Source: Thermoproteus tenax Kra 1 (lineage in GTDB: Archaea; Thermoproteota; Thermoprotei; Thermoproteales; Thermoproteaceae). Taken from it: a DNA stretch of 32,000 bases. The position numbers and the translations under genes were made by a program. Shown here piece after piece: positions 7,743 through 15,852 of the stretch (position 1 is the first letter of the stretch; every line of letters starts with the position of its first letter). The notes beneath the pieces are model-generated. The model saw only the letters and a list, made by a program, of their open reading frames with translations. It was not told the origin of the DNA and made no database searches. The DNA lies in assembly GCF_000253055.1 (NCBI RefSeq), contig NC_016070.1:780001-812000 (forward strand), read 5' to 3'.

Positions 7743-10175
7743 ATGGGGCTCATTCTATGGCTAGAGGAGATCACGAAGAAAGATCACGCTCTAGTGGGCG
7801 GCAAGGGGGCAAACTTGGGCGAGGTCTCCAGACTCGTCCGCGTGCCTCCAGGCTTTGTCGTAACTACCGAGGCCTTTAGGGCCTTCCTAGAGACCACTGG
7901 GCTAAAGTCTAAGATATCGGAGGTCCTAAAGTCGGTGAGGGGCGGCTCGCCCGAGGACTACGAGAAGGCCTCGGAGACCATCAGAGAGATGATATACAGA
8001 GAGCCTATGCCTAGGGAGATCGCCGACGAGATAGTTAGAGCGTACCTCAAGCTCTCGGAGAAAGTCGGCGTTAAGGACGTCTCAGTGGCCGTGCGCTCCT
8101 CAGCCACCGCCGAGGATATACAGGAGGCATCATTCGCCGGACAACAAGACACTTATTTGAACGTGAGAGGCTCTGAGAACGTAATAGAGCACGTCAAGAG
8201 GGTCTGGGCATCTCTCTACACGGCTAGAGCCATCTACTATAGAGAGCAGATGGGTATATCTCACGATAACGTCTCAATAGCGGTTGTGGTTCAGAAGTTG
8301 GTCAACGCCAGATCTGCCGGCGTTATGTTCACCCTTGATCCCACAAACGGCGACACATCTAAAGTAGTTATCGAGGCCGCCTGGGGTCTAGGCGAGGGCG
8401 TCGTCAGAGGTATTGTGACGCCTGACGAGTACGTAGTGGACAAAAATACCCTTAAGATCGTGGAGCGCCGCATTTCCCAGAAGAGGTTGGCTGTAGTCAG
8501 AGATGAGAGGGGCCTCACCAAGGAGGTAGAGCTACCTCCAGAGAAGTCCGGCGCTCCTGCGTTGACAGACGAGGAGGTAATTGAATATGCTAAAATGGCT
8601 CTGGAGCTAGAGCGGCACTACGGCCACCCGCTCGACATCGAGTTCTCGGTAGATTCAGATGTACCGTTTCCACAGAACCTCTACGTAGTACAAGTAAGGC
8701 CCGAGACCGTATGGAGCAGGAGGGCCCAGCCCGCTGAGGCGAAGGAGGCTAAGGCCGAGGGGAGGGTCGTCGTTAAGGGCATAGCGGCGAGTCCCGGCGT
8801 CGCCGTAGGCAGGGCTAAGATCTGTCTAACTTTAGAGGACGCCAAGAGGAAGCTACAGAAAGGCGATATACTTGTGACTAAGATGACAGACCCAGATTGG
8901 GTGCCCTACATGAGGCTCGCCTCGGCGATAGTTACAGACGAGGGCGGCCGCACCTCTCATGCCGCCATAGTGAGCAGAGAGCTCGGGATACCAGCGGTGG
9001 TGGGCACCGGCAACGCCACACAAGTCCTCAGGGATGGCGAGCTGTATACTGTGGACGGCAGCAAGGGAGTAGTGCTGGAAGGGGCAGCCGTACAACCACA
9101 GGCTAAGGTCGCCGAAGCGGCACAGGCGGCGATAGCTGTGCCCAAGGAGATTATACTCCATATATATAGATCTATACCCACTGGGACGAAGGTCTATATG
9201 AATCTGGGCGAGCCCGATAAAATAGACGAGTACAAGGATCTGCCGTTCGAGGGCATAGGCTTGATGAGGATAGAGTTTGTCATAACCAGTTGGATCGGCG
9301 AGCATCCGCTGTATCTGATGTCTATAGGGCGCGAGGACAAGTTCGTGGACAAGATGGCCGAGGGCGTGGCTAGGGTCGCATCGGCGATATATCCTAGGCC
9401 CGTCGTCGTCAGATTCTCAGACTTTAAGACGAACGAGTACAGGAGCTTACAAGGAGGCGAAAAGTTCGAGCCGGAGGAGAGAAACCCGATGTTGGGGTGG
9501 CGCGGCGTATCCAGGTATGTATCGCTGCAGTACGAGAAGGCGTTCCGGCTAGAGCTGAGGGCCATCAAGAAGGTGAGGGAGGAGATGGGCTTGACTAATG
9601 TTTGGGTCATGGCCCCATTCGTGAGGACTACTTGGGAGGCCGAGCGCTTCAACAGGTTGCTTGAGGAGGAGGGCCTGGTGAGGGACAGAGATTTCAAGGT
9701 CTGGGCGATGGCCGAGGTGCCCTCAGTTGCGTTTCTAGTTGAGGAGTTTGCTCCGTATTTCGACGGCTTCTCCATAGGCTCTAACGATTTAACTCAGCTG
9801 ACTCTAGGCGTTGATAGAGACAACGACTTTCTAGTGAGGATAAACCCGAAGTACTTCGACGAGAGGGAAATGCCGGTGCTGAAGGCGATATATGAGCTCA
9901 TCCAGAGGGCCCACAGAGTGGGCAAGACGGTATCGATATGCGGTCAAGGTCCCTCGGTCTATCCGCAGCTAGTTGAGTTCTTAGTGAGAGCCGGCATAGA
10001 CAGCATCTCGGTGAACCCCGACGCGGTGCTCAACACTAGAATCTTGGTAGCCTCCGTCGAGATGAAGTTGCTGAGAGAGAGACTCGACGCCATTTACAGG
10101 GCGTTATACAAGGTGGGCGACGACGAGGAATTCAGAGAAATAATAAAGAAGGTATTCGGGGGACTGAAATATTAG
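7743..10175 (+). CDS. ppsA: Phosphoenolpyruvate synthase (pyruvate, water dikinase)
   Basis: N-terminal ALVGGKGANLGE, VRSSATAEDIQEASFAGQQDTYLNV, catalytic-His region GGRTSHAAIVSRELGIPAVVG, C-terminal SIGSNDLTQLTLGVDRD. Confidence 0.97.
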   Translation: MGLILWLEEITKKDHALVGGKGANLGEVSRLVRVPPGFVVTTEAFRAFLETTGLKSKISEVLKSVRGGSPEDYEKASETIREMIYREPMPREIADEIVRAYLKLSEKVGVKDVSVAVRSSATAEDIQEASFAGQQDTYLNVRGSENVIEHVKRVWASLYTARAIYYREQMGISHDNVSIAVVVQKLVNARSAGVMFTLDPTNGDTSKVVIEAAWGLGEGVVRGIVTPDEYVVDKNTLKIVERRISQKRLAVVRDERGLTKEVELPPEKSGAPALTDEEVIEYAKMALELERHYGHPLDIEFSVDSDVPFPQNLYVVQVRPETVWSRRAQPAEAKEAKAEGRVVVKGIAASPGVAVGRAKICLTLEDAKRKLQKGDILVTKMTDPDWVPYMRLASAIVTDEGGRTSHAAIVSRELGIPAVVGTGNATQVLRDGELYTVDGSKGVVLEGAAVQPQAKVAEAAQAAIAVPKEIILHIYRSIPTGTKVYMNLGEPDKIDEYKDLPFEGIGLMRIEFVITSWIGEHPLYLMSIGREDKFVDKMAEGVARVASAIYPRPVVVRFSDFKTNEYRSLQGGEKFEPEERNPMLGWRGVSRYVSLQYEKAFRLELRAIKKVREEMGLTNVWVMAPFVRTTWEAERFNRLLEEEGLVRDRDFKVWAMAEVPSVAFLVEEFAPYFDGFSIGSNDLTQLTLGVDRDNDFLVRINPKYFDEREMPVLKAIYELIQRAHRVGKTVSICGQGPSVYPQLVEFLVRAGIDSISVNPDAVLNTRILVASVEMKLLRERLDAIYRALYKVGDDEEFREIIKKVFGGLKY

Positions 10176-10207
10176 CAGAGCACCCTCCTTTGCTGCTCCG
10201 CCCTTCC

Positions 10208-10246
10208 CCGAGAGCTCGGGGCGCGTCGGCTCTCCCTCGGAGCCGT
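10208..10246. terminator. Two adjacent GC-rich inverted repeats between convergent ppsA and kae1
   Basis: CCCCGAG-AG-CTCGGGG (10208-10223) and GGCTC-N7-GAGCC (about 10230-10246) in the convergent intergenic gap. Terminator function is inferred. Confidence 0.35.
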
Positions 10247-10256
10247 TGCAACTCAT

Positions 10257-11279
10257 TCAGTTCGCCCTTGAGCTACTGTCGCTGTAGCAGAGGTCGTTGA
10301 ACCAAGGCACGTCCACTTGATCTAACCTCCACCTCTGTTTTACAAAGCTCCTCTCGACATTCACGAAGAGGCCTCGCTTGAAGGCATAATAGCCAGCCAG
10401 TGCGATCATGGCGCCGTTATCGCCGGCGTATTCCGGCGGCACTATCTTGAGGGAGACTCCTCTATCCTCGGCTATAGCTCTAAGTATAGAGCCGAGCCTG
10501 GGGCTTCTCGCCACACCGCCGGCCACAACTAACTCCCTCTTCATTGTGTAAGCCAATGCTCTTTCGACGACCTCTGCCAACATATAGTACGAGTTCTCAA
10601 TAACAGATTTGCAGAGGGTCGGTAAGTCGGCCCGCCCGTTCTTGTATAAATAGATAGCTTGAGTTACCAGGCCCGAGAAGGCGAGATCTTGCCCTATTAT
10701 GTTCATGGGTAGCGGAAGAACTCTCTCCGCCCTCTCGGCGCACTTCTCCACGGCTGGGACGCCGGGATATCCAAGCCCCACCTCCCTAGCGAACTTGTCA
10801 ATGGCATTTCCGATTGCTAGATCGAGCGTCTCTCCGAATACTCTGTAGCGCCCGTCGGCGAATCCCGCTATGACCGTGTGCCCGCCTGAAATCAAGAGCA
10901 CGAGGGGATCGCAACTCCTCGTGGAATATCTGGCGATCTCTATGTGTGCAATTCCATGGTGTACGGGCACTAGGGGCCTCCTATATTTAACAGCCAAGGA
11001 GCGCGCCAGGACGGCGCCCATCCTTAGAGCAGGTCCCAGCCCGGGGCCTGCGGAGTAGGCCACTGCATCGATATCTCTGGGCGATCTTCCCGCGATCTCT
11101 AGGGCTTTTTTCAACAAAATTACGGCGACTTTAGCGTGATGCTCAGCCGCCTCGCGGGGATGGATCCCATATCCAGACGGGGGCACATAAGTATCATTTA
11201 CATTTGCCAAAATCGTGCCGTCCTCGACCAGACCTACGCCGAACGTGTGAGCTGTGCTCTCGATGCCTAGGACTAACAC
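10257..11279 (-). CDS. kae1: tRNA N6-threonylcarbamoyladenosine synthase subunit Kae1 (TsaD family)
   Basis: VLGIESTAHTFGVG, HPREAAEHHAK, VHHGIAHIE, LLISGGHT motifs. Confidence 0.96.
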   Translation of the reverse strand: MLVLGIESTAHTFGVGLVEDGTILANVNDTYVPPSGYGIHPREAAEHHAKVAVILLKKALEIAGRSPRDIDAVAYSAGPGLGPALRMGAVLARSLAVKYRRPLVPVHHGIAHIEIARYSTRSCDPLVLLISGGHTVIAGFADGRYRVFGETLDLAIGNAIDKFAREVGLGYPGVPAVEKCAERAERVLPLPMNIIGQDLAFSGLVTQAIYLYKNGRADLPTLCKSVIENSYYMLAEVVERALAYTMKRELVVAGGVARSPRLGSILRAIAEDRGVSLKIVPPEYAGDNGAMIALAGYYAFKRGLFVNVERSFVKQRWRLDQVDVPWFNDLCYSDSSSRAN

Positions 11280-11462
11280 CTACTTTTTCTCGAAGATCGT
11301 CATTCCACACTTTCCACAGTGCCACCTCGGCACTGGCTCCTTGTGGTACGCCATCACAGAGCCGCACCGCGGACAAAAGCGCCTTGTGAACTTGAATATC
11401 CCCTTCTCTATATCCAGTAGATACCACGTGGCAGCTCTTGGCAACTTCTTGCCCTCGCTCAT
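11280..11462 (-). CDS. rps27ae: 30S ribosomal protein S27ae
   Basis: 60 aa; FCPRCGSVMAYHKEPVPRWHCGKCGMT zinc-ribbon and operon position between S24e and kae1. Confidence 0.93.
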   Translation of the reverse strand: MSEGKKLPRAATWYLLDIEKGIFKFTRRFCPRCGSVMAYHKEPVPRWHCGKCGMTIFEKK

Positions 11463-11830
11463 TTCTTCTTAGCTGCCCCCTTCTTTTTACGACGCCTTTT
11501 TTCCCTCCTCTCAGCCCTCCTCTTCTTTATCTCCTCCAAGATCTTTTTGCCGTCGGGAATGTTTCTGGCAATGATATATGCGGGCTCCACCGCCTTTGCA
11601 ACATCGCTCGAATTGTAGACGTGGACTTCGGCCTTGGACATGCCGAGGCCGAAGGAGCTCTCTATCTTTCTTACGAAAACAGTATCTTGAGATACGCCGA
11701 GTTGGGAGGCTACGAACTCCCTTATTTGTTGTCTCGTGGGGGTTCCTTGACCCTGGTGGAATATAACGACGATAGTCTCTCTTCTGTTCAATAGCCTATT
11801 TTCTCTCACAGACTCGAGCTTGGCCTCCAC
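11459..11830 (-). CDS. rps24e: 30S ribosomal protein S24e
   Basis: ENRLLNRRETIVVIFHQGQGTPTRQQIREFVASQLGVSQDTVFVRKIESSFGLGMSKAEVHVYN; basic C-terminal tail. Confidence 0.94.
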   Translation of the reverse strand: MEAKLESVRENRLLNRRETIVVIFHQGQGTPTRQQIREFVASQLGVSQDTVFVRKIESSFGLGMSKAEVHVYNSSDVAKAVEPAYIIARNIPDGKKILEEIKKRRAERREKRRRKKKGAAKKK

Positions 11831-11859
11831 GGGGGCCCCAATATTACCGGTTTTAAAAT

Positions 11860-12279
11860 TTAGCGCCGCGCGCGGTGTTGTAGATAGTCGATAACGCCTA
11901 TGACGCCTAAAGCTGCCACCAAGGCGTAGGCGTGGTTTATATCAAACGATTTATTAGTCGGCGATATATAGATAAACAGCTCTCTCGCTAAGGCTACTAG
12001 GGCTACATCAATTATTTTGTAAACAATTATTTCTTTTTCTTGTATGTAAGTTACAAATGTATCTATTAATTCAACAAATATTATAAATAAGAACAAACTA
12101 GCCAGTATTGAATATACAGCATCTTCGGGGTAGGGAGCGCCCCTTAGGCCTGCCAGCCCCTCAACGACGAGATAGAACGAATATACTGCCAACACTATTG
12201 TAACAATTATTGCAACAACATAAAGTGATATCTCGATATTTTTCAAAAGAATATCCAGCTTCATATCTGGGAGAAACAA
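11860..12279 (-). CDS. PsiE-like small membrane protein
   Basis: 139 aa, four hydrophobic segments, LFIIFVELIDTFVTYIQEKEI...VALVALARELFIY, PsiE-like. Confidence 0.6.
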   Translation of the reverse strand: MFLPDMKLDILLKNIEISLYVVAIIVTIVLAVYSFYLVVEGLAGLRGAPYPEDAVYSILASLFLFIIFVELIDTFVTYIQEKEIIVYKIIDVALVALARELFIYISPTNKSFDINHAYALVAALGVIGVIDYLQHRARR

Positions 12280-12304
12280 TATCAGCTATAAGTTTTAGCT
12301 CCAT

Positions 12305-12940
12305 ATGAGCACGAGAGATCTCTTTGACGCTCTGTCCGAAAAATACGACGAGTGGTATGAGAAACACAGGGATCTGTATAAGAGCGAGCTACAGACGGTG
12401 AGCCGCCTCGATTGTCAAGGGGGCGTAGAGATAGGAGTAGGGACCGGCCGCTTTGCGGCCCCTCTGGGCTTGAGGATAGGGGTGGACCCTTCGGTGAATA
12501 TGCTGAGGCTTGCTCCAAAGACGCTAGACCTTATTGCGGCTGTCGGCGAGATGCTCCCCTTGAGGGATGGGGCCGTGGGGTGCGCACTCATAGTAGTAAC
12601 TCTGTGTTTTGCCGATGATCCAAAGAGGCTCTTAAACGAGGCGTTGCGGGTGGCGCGTAGAGTTGTGGCCTGTATAGTGCCCAGAGAGTCCCCCTGGGCT
12701 ATTAGATATATGGAGGAGGGGAAACAGGGCCACCCCTTCTATTCGCGGGCCAAGTTTTATGCCATCAAGGATCTGCTCTCGTTGGCGTCCGACGCCAGGC
12801 CGGCGCGCATATACGCAACATTGAAGGAGCACGTGGAGGGCCTCCAGCCTGTAGAAGAGCCGCCATTGGATCAAGCGGAGCGCTACGGCTTTGTCTGCGT
12901 GGAGCTTATAAGAGATGGAGATAGATCAGAGTCCAGATGA
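12305..12940 (+). CDS. Class I SAM-dependent methyltransferase
   Basis: GGVEIGVGTGRFAAPLGLRIGVDPSVNMLRLA, GEMLPLRDGAVGCALIVVTLCF. Confidence 0.85.
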   Translation: MSTRDLFDALSEKYDEWYEKHRDLYKSELQTVSRLDCQGGVEIGVGTGRFAAPLGLRIGVDPSVNMLRLAPKTLDLIAAVGEMLPLRDGAVGCALIVVTLCFADDPKRLLNEALRVARRVVACIVPRESPWAIRYMEEGKQGHPFYSRAKFYAIKDLLSLASDARPARIYATLKEHVEGLQPVEEPPLDQAERYGFVCVELIRDGDRSESR

Positions 12941-13391
12941 CGTTATTTGCGGTGTGAAGCACAATTGACGAGGCCAGCCCTCCGCCCAGATACGCCAGCG
13001 TTAGGGCGATCGCGTATAGGAACGCTAAGAGCGGAAACGGATGGAGAAGGGCGAAAACAGCAGTGGAGAAAATTAGGGCGGCCCAACGCGGGAGGACGAG
13101 GAAGGGGAGTCCCCTGAATATCACCTCCTCAACAACTGGCGCCAGAACATCGACGACAGGTATGTCTATATGGAGGTACTCCTTTGGGCCAACGTAGAAA
13201 TCTATGGCGAAGGCAAGCGCGTAGATCGCCAAGGCCGATAGGAGGTAGCCTATTCCTCTGTCTACCCACTTAAGGTTACGGAACGTTATTGATGTTAGAG
13301 CCAGCGCTATAGAATATCCTACTATATTATTTTCTATTAGTATTAGGAATAATGATAAAATAAATATAAGAACTATAAATTCATTTTTCAT
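12906..13391 (-). CDS. CPBP-family intramembrane metalloprotease
   Basis: APVVEEVIFRGLPFL (EExxxR motif), second motif FALLHPF, third HTANNVIW. Confidence 0.85.
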   Translation of the reverse strand: MKNEFIVLIFILSLFLILIENNIVGYSIALALTSITFRNLKWVDRGIGYLLSALAIYALAFAIDFYVGPKEYLHIDIPVVDVLAPVVEEVIFRGLPFLVLPRWAALIFSTAVFALLHPFPLLAFLYAIALTLAYLGGGLASSIVLHTANNVIWTLIYLHLL

Positions 13392-13821
13392 AAAGCTTTT
13401 TTAAATATCTCAGAGAATGTACCAAGTAGGATATTCTTTCAACGACTCTGGGATCTATCAAGTGCTCTAGCTTCTCAGCCTCTACTTCTGCGAGCTCCTC
13501 CTCAACTCCTATGAGCTTAAAGAACTCAGCCAACGTCTTGTGGGATCTTTCAAGGGCCGCGATTACGTCCAAGCCCCTCTCGGTTATTGTTATGCCTCCC
13601 CGCCCTTTGTATACGACGAGACCTTGTTCCTCAAGCCTCTTCACCATCTTTTGGGCCGAACTCGGCTTGACGCCGAGCATCCGCGCCAAATCGCTTAAGG
13701 TAACGCGCCCCCTCGAGGAAAGCTCATATATGGCCTCAAGATAGTGCTCAGGTCTGACGTCCTTTATCTCATGTCCCTTTCTCATTACTTCTCCCACTAT
13801 CCCCTCTACGGTTTTGTTCAT
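13381..13821 (-). CDS. DtxR/MntR-like metal-dependent transcriptional regulator
   Basis: HYLEAIYELSSRGRVTLSDLARMLGVKPSSAQKMVKRLEEQGLVVYKGRGGITITERG; LEHLIDPRVVERI. Confidence 0.8.
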   Translation of the reverse strand: MNKTVEGIVGEVMRKGHEIKDVRPEHYLEAIYELSSRGRVTLSDLARMLGVKPSSAQKMVKRLEEQGLVVYKGRGGITITERGLDVIAALERSHKTLAEFFKLIGVEEELAEVEAEKLEHLIDPRVVERISYLVHSLRYLKKLYEK

Positions 13822-13885
13822 AAATTAACCTATAGCCCCGAGCTCTCAGACGTAGTGCTATCACCCGCCTTTCAACTACATAGGC

Positions 13886-14180
13886 TTAAGGAAAATAGTC
13901 CCCTCCGGCGTCCTCCTCCCGTCTGAGATACCTCTCCAAGGGGCCTACCTCCGATACGGCGTATTTGAGCAGCTCAAAGGTCCTCTCGTCGGCTCTGAGC
14001 AGGCCGCCCGTGTCTTCATATATCCCCAAGGCCGCCGGTTCTCAATGACCCAGCCCCGCCTGCTTGCGGCACCAAAGGCGCCTCCGCGGTGGACCCCAAG
14101 TGAGGCCGGGCGCAGAAAGGGCAACTATACTTGACGTTGGCCTCCCGTTCGACGCGCCAAGCCAATACCCTATTCTACTT
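13886..14180 (-). pseudogene. Decayed coding remnant(s), family unknown
   Basis: Minus-strand pieces in different frames: WRVEREANVKYSCPFCARPHL (about 14100-14170) and EPAALGIYEDTGGLLRADERTFELLKYAVSEVGPLERYLRREEDAGGDYFP* (about 13886-14040). No single intact ORF. Confidence 0.35.
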
Positions 14181-14203
14181 AGCTCCAGCCTCAACAGCTA
14201 TGA

Positions 14204-14450
14204 CCCCTCCCCGCCCTAAAGGGCGAGGTTTCCACCGTGGGGGTCTCGCCCGTTGCCCGGGGTTATGGGCCGCGACGGGGGGCATCGTGGCGTCCTCCCG
14301 CCGGGGTCATCTTACGAGTTGATGCAGGTTGGCCCGCCCCGCCGTGTTGAACGCACCGCTGTTTAAGCCCTTCTCAACCCTCTTCACCACTCCGCCATGA
14401 AAGTTATAGATTAAATCCATCCCCGCCCTAAAGGGCGGGGCTTTCAGCTG
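14204..14450 (-). mobile_element. Short MITE-like element or IS200/IS605-family end remnant, bounded by similar hairpins
   Basis: Minus strand: AAAGCCCCGCCCTTTAGGGCGGGGATGG ... AAACCTCGCCCTTTAGGGCGGGGAGGGGTCA, two copies of one hairpin motif ~210 nt apart in the same orientation with no transposase between. Confidence 0.5.
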
Positions 14451-14523
14451 TAACCTCTGGCAAGTCCCTCGTCAGAGTCCCCTATGAGGGCAATTGGAGA
14501 AGACTCAGCCCTGGAGGGGGAGG

Positions 14524-15654
14524 TTATGATAAGGGGCTGACCAATGTTAGAACGTTTATGAATAGAATCAAAGAAGACGCGGCGTAGGCTGCGAAGGCTA
14601 GGCCTTTGCTCAAGTACCGCGAGGCGTAGATCAAAAGCGGTATCAGAACGAGTGGAAGCACCAAGCTCAAGACCACTTGAGTGTAAACAAGAAGGGACAG
14701 AGGGTTTAGGCCGGCTTCCAACACTAGGGCGGTTGGTATCACGTTGATGCCTCTGAAGAGCAATCTTGCCCTGGGCTTCGACGGAGCCTTTGTGAAAATT
14801 CTCTCAAGCATGAGGGTACCCGCTTGTACCGAGACGGCGGAGGACGCCAGTCCAGACGATAATAGAGCTATCGAGAATACATAGCCGGCAAGAGGCCCAT
14901 AGAGAGGCTCCAACACTCTGGGTATCTGCGACAGCCCCACGCCTACATCGCCGTACAACGCCGTCGCTGCCACTATCTGCATGGCCGCATTGACGGCAGA
15001 GGCCATGACCAAGTTGTACAGGGTCTGTACTCTGTGTACTCTTTTCTCCATTCCCTGCGTCATATGTGAATGGAGGATCAGAGCATGGGGCATTATGGTG
15101 GCCCCTATTATGGACGCCGCATAGAGGGCCTCGCCGCCTTTTAGAGAGGGCACGAGCGAGTAGTACAACACCGCGTAAATATCAGGCCTTACTAAAACAA
15201 GCTCAATGAGGAAGCTGAGACCTACTATTGAAGCCAAGGAGCCAATCGCCGAGAAATACACCTCCTTCCTATTATCGAGGAGGGCCAACAACAAGACGTC
15301 TACGGAGCCTAGGAGGACGGCGATATATAGCGGGACGCCAGTGAGGAGCTCAAACGCTATTATGAGCCCGACAAACTCGGCGAGGTCCGTGGAGAGCCCT
15401 ATCGCGAAGAGCACTGGAATATAGAGGGGCCAGAGGCGTCCAGCTCCCTTCTTGAGGTGATCTAGGAGCCCCCGACCCGTCTCTAATCCAAGCACTCCAG
15501 CTATATATTGGTACATAACAGCTAGCGCTCCCGACAGCCAGACCACCCACAATAAACTGAGACCGAAGGCGGAGCCTGCGGCTATGTTGGCGCCGAAGTT
15601 GCCTGGATCTATATACGCAACGCTAACAACTGTGGCGGGCCCTATGATCTCCAC
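14524..15654 (-). CDS. mntH: NRAMP-family divalent metal (Mn/Fe) transporter
   Basis: SVAYIDPGNFGANIAAGSAFG (DPGN motif), MPHALILHSHM (MPH motif), ~10 TM segments; GTG start at 15654. Confidence 0.92.
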   Translation of the reverse strand: MEIIGPATVVSVAYIDPGNFGANIAAGSAFGLSLLWVVWLSGALAVMYQYIAGVLGLETGRGLLDHLKKGAGRLWPLYIPVLFAIGLSTDLAEFVGLIIAFELLTGVPLYIAVLLGSVDVLLLALLDNRKEVYFSAIGSLASIVGLSFLIELVLVRPDIYAVLYYSLVPSLKGGEALYAASIIGATIMPHALILHSHMTQGMEKRVHRVQTLYNLVMASAVNAAMQIVAATALYGDVGVGLSQIPRVLEPLYGPLAGYVFSIALLSSGLASSAVSVQAGTLMLERIFTKAPSKPRARLLFRGINVIPTALVLEAGLNPLSLLVYTQVVLSLVLPLVLIPLLIYASRYLSKGLAFAAYAASSLILFINVLTLVSPLS

Positions 15655-15682
15655 GCTACTGTCCCGGCTAAACCATATTAAT

Positions 15683-15700
15683 TTTTAGCCTAAGCTAAAA
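15683..15700. promoter_or_regulatory. Palindromic operator candidate upstream of the NRAMP gene
   Basis: TTTTAG-CCTAAG-CTAAAA, perfect 6-bp arms, abutting the TATA-like element ~25-30 nt before the mntH GTG start. Confidence 0.5.
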
Positions 15701-15740
15701 GTCTAGGCAGAAGAGGGAAAAAACCCCTTCGAGTCTATTG

Positions 15741-15775
15741 CGCCAAAATATTAGCTAAATCTAATAGTTGGCGCG
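15741..15775. repeat. Nested inverted repeat in the mntH/sucC divergent intergenic region
   Basis: GCGCCAA-aa-TATTAG-CTAAAT-CTAATA-g-TTGGCGC, 7-bp outer and 6-bp inner arms. Confidence 0.65.
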
Positions 15776-15852
15776 CCCCTCTAACGCTTTGGCTAAAACA
15801 TGGATGCCTTTCGCGTAGAGAATACTAAAAACATCGGATGATCCCAAAAACT

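Noticed and set aside
9194-9775. 193 aa antisense ORF opposite ppsA, with similar shadows at 8853-9305 and 8291-8521
   Set aside because: Lies opposite the strongly supported ppsA coding frame; Ser/Thr-rich composition typical of shadow frames.
14131-14322. 63 aa ORF across the MITE-like element, and 13744-13926 60 aa ORF
   Set aside because: They translate hairpin/GC-rich non-coding sequence or run antisense to the regulator; no family features.
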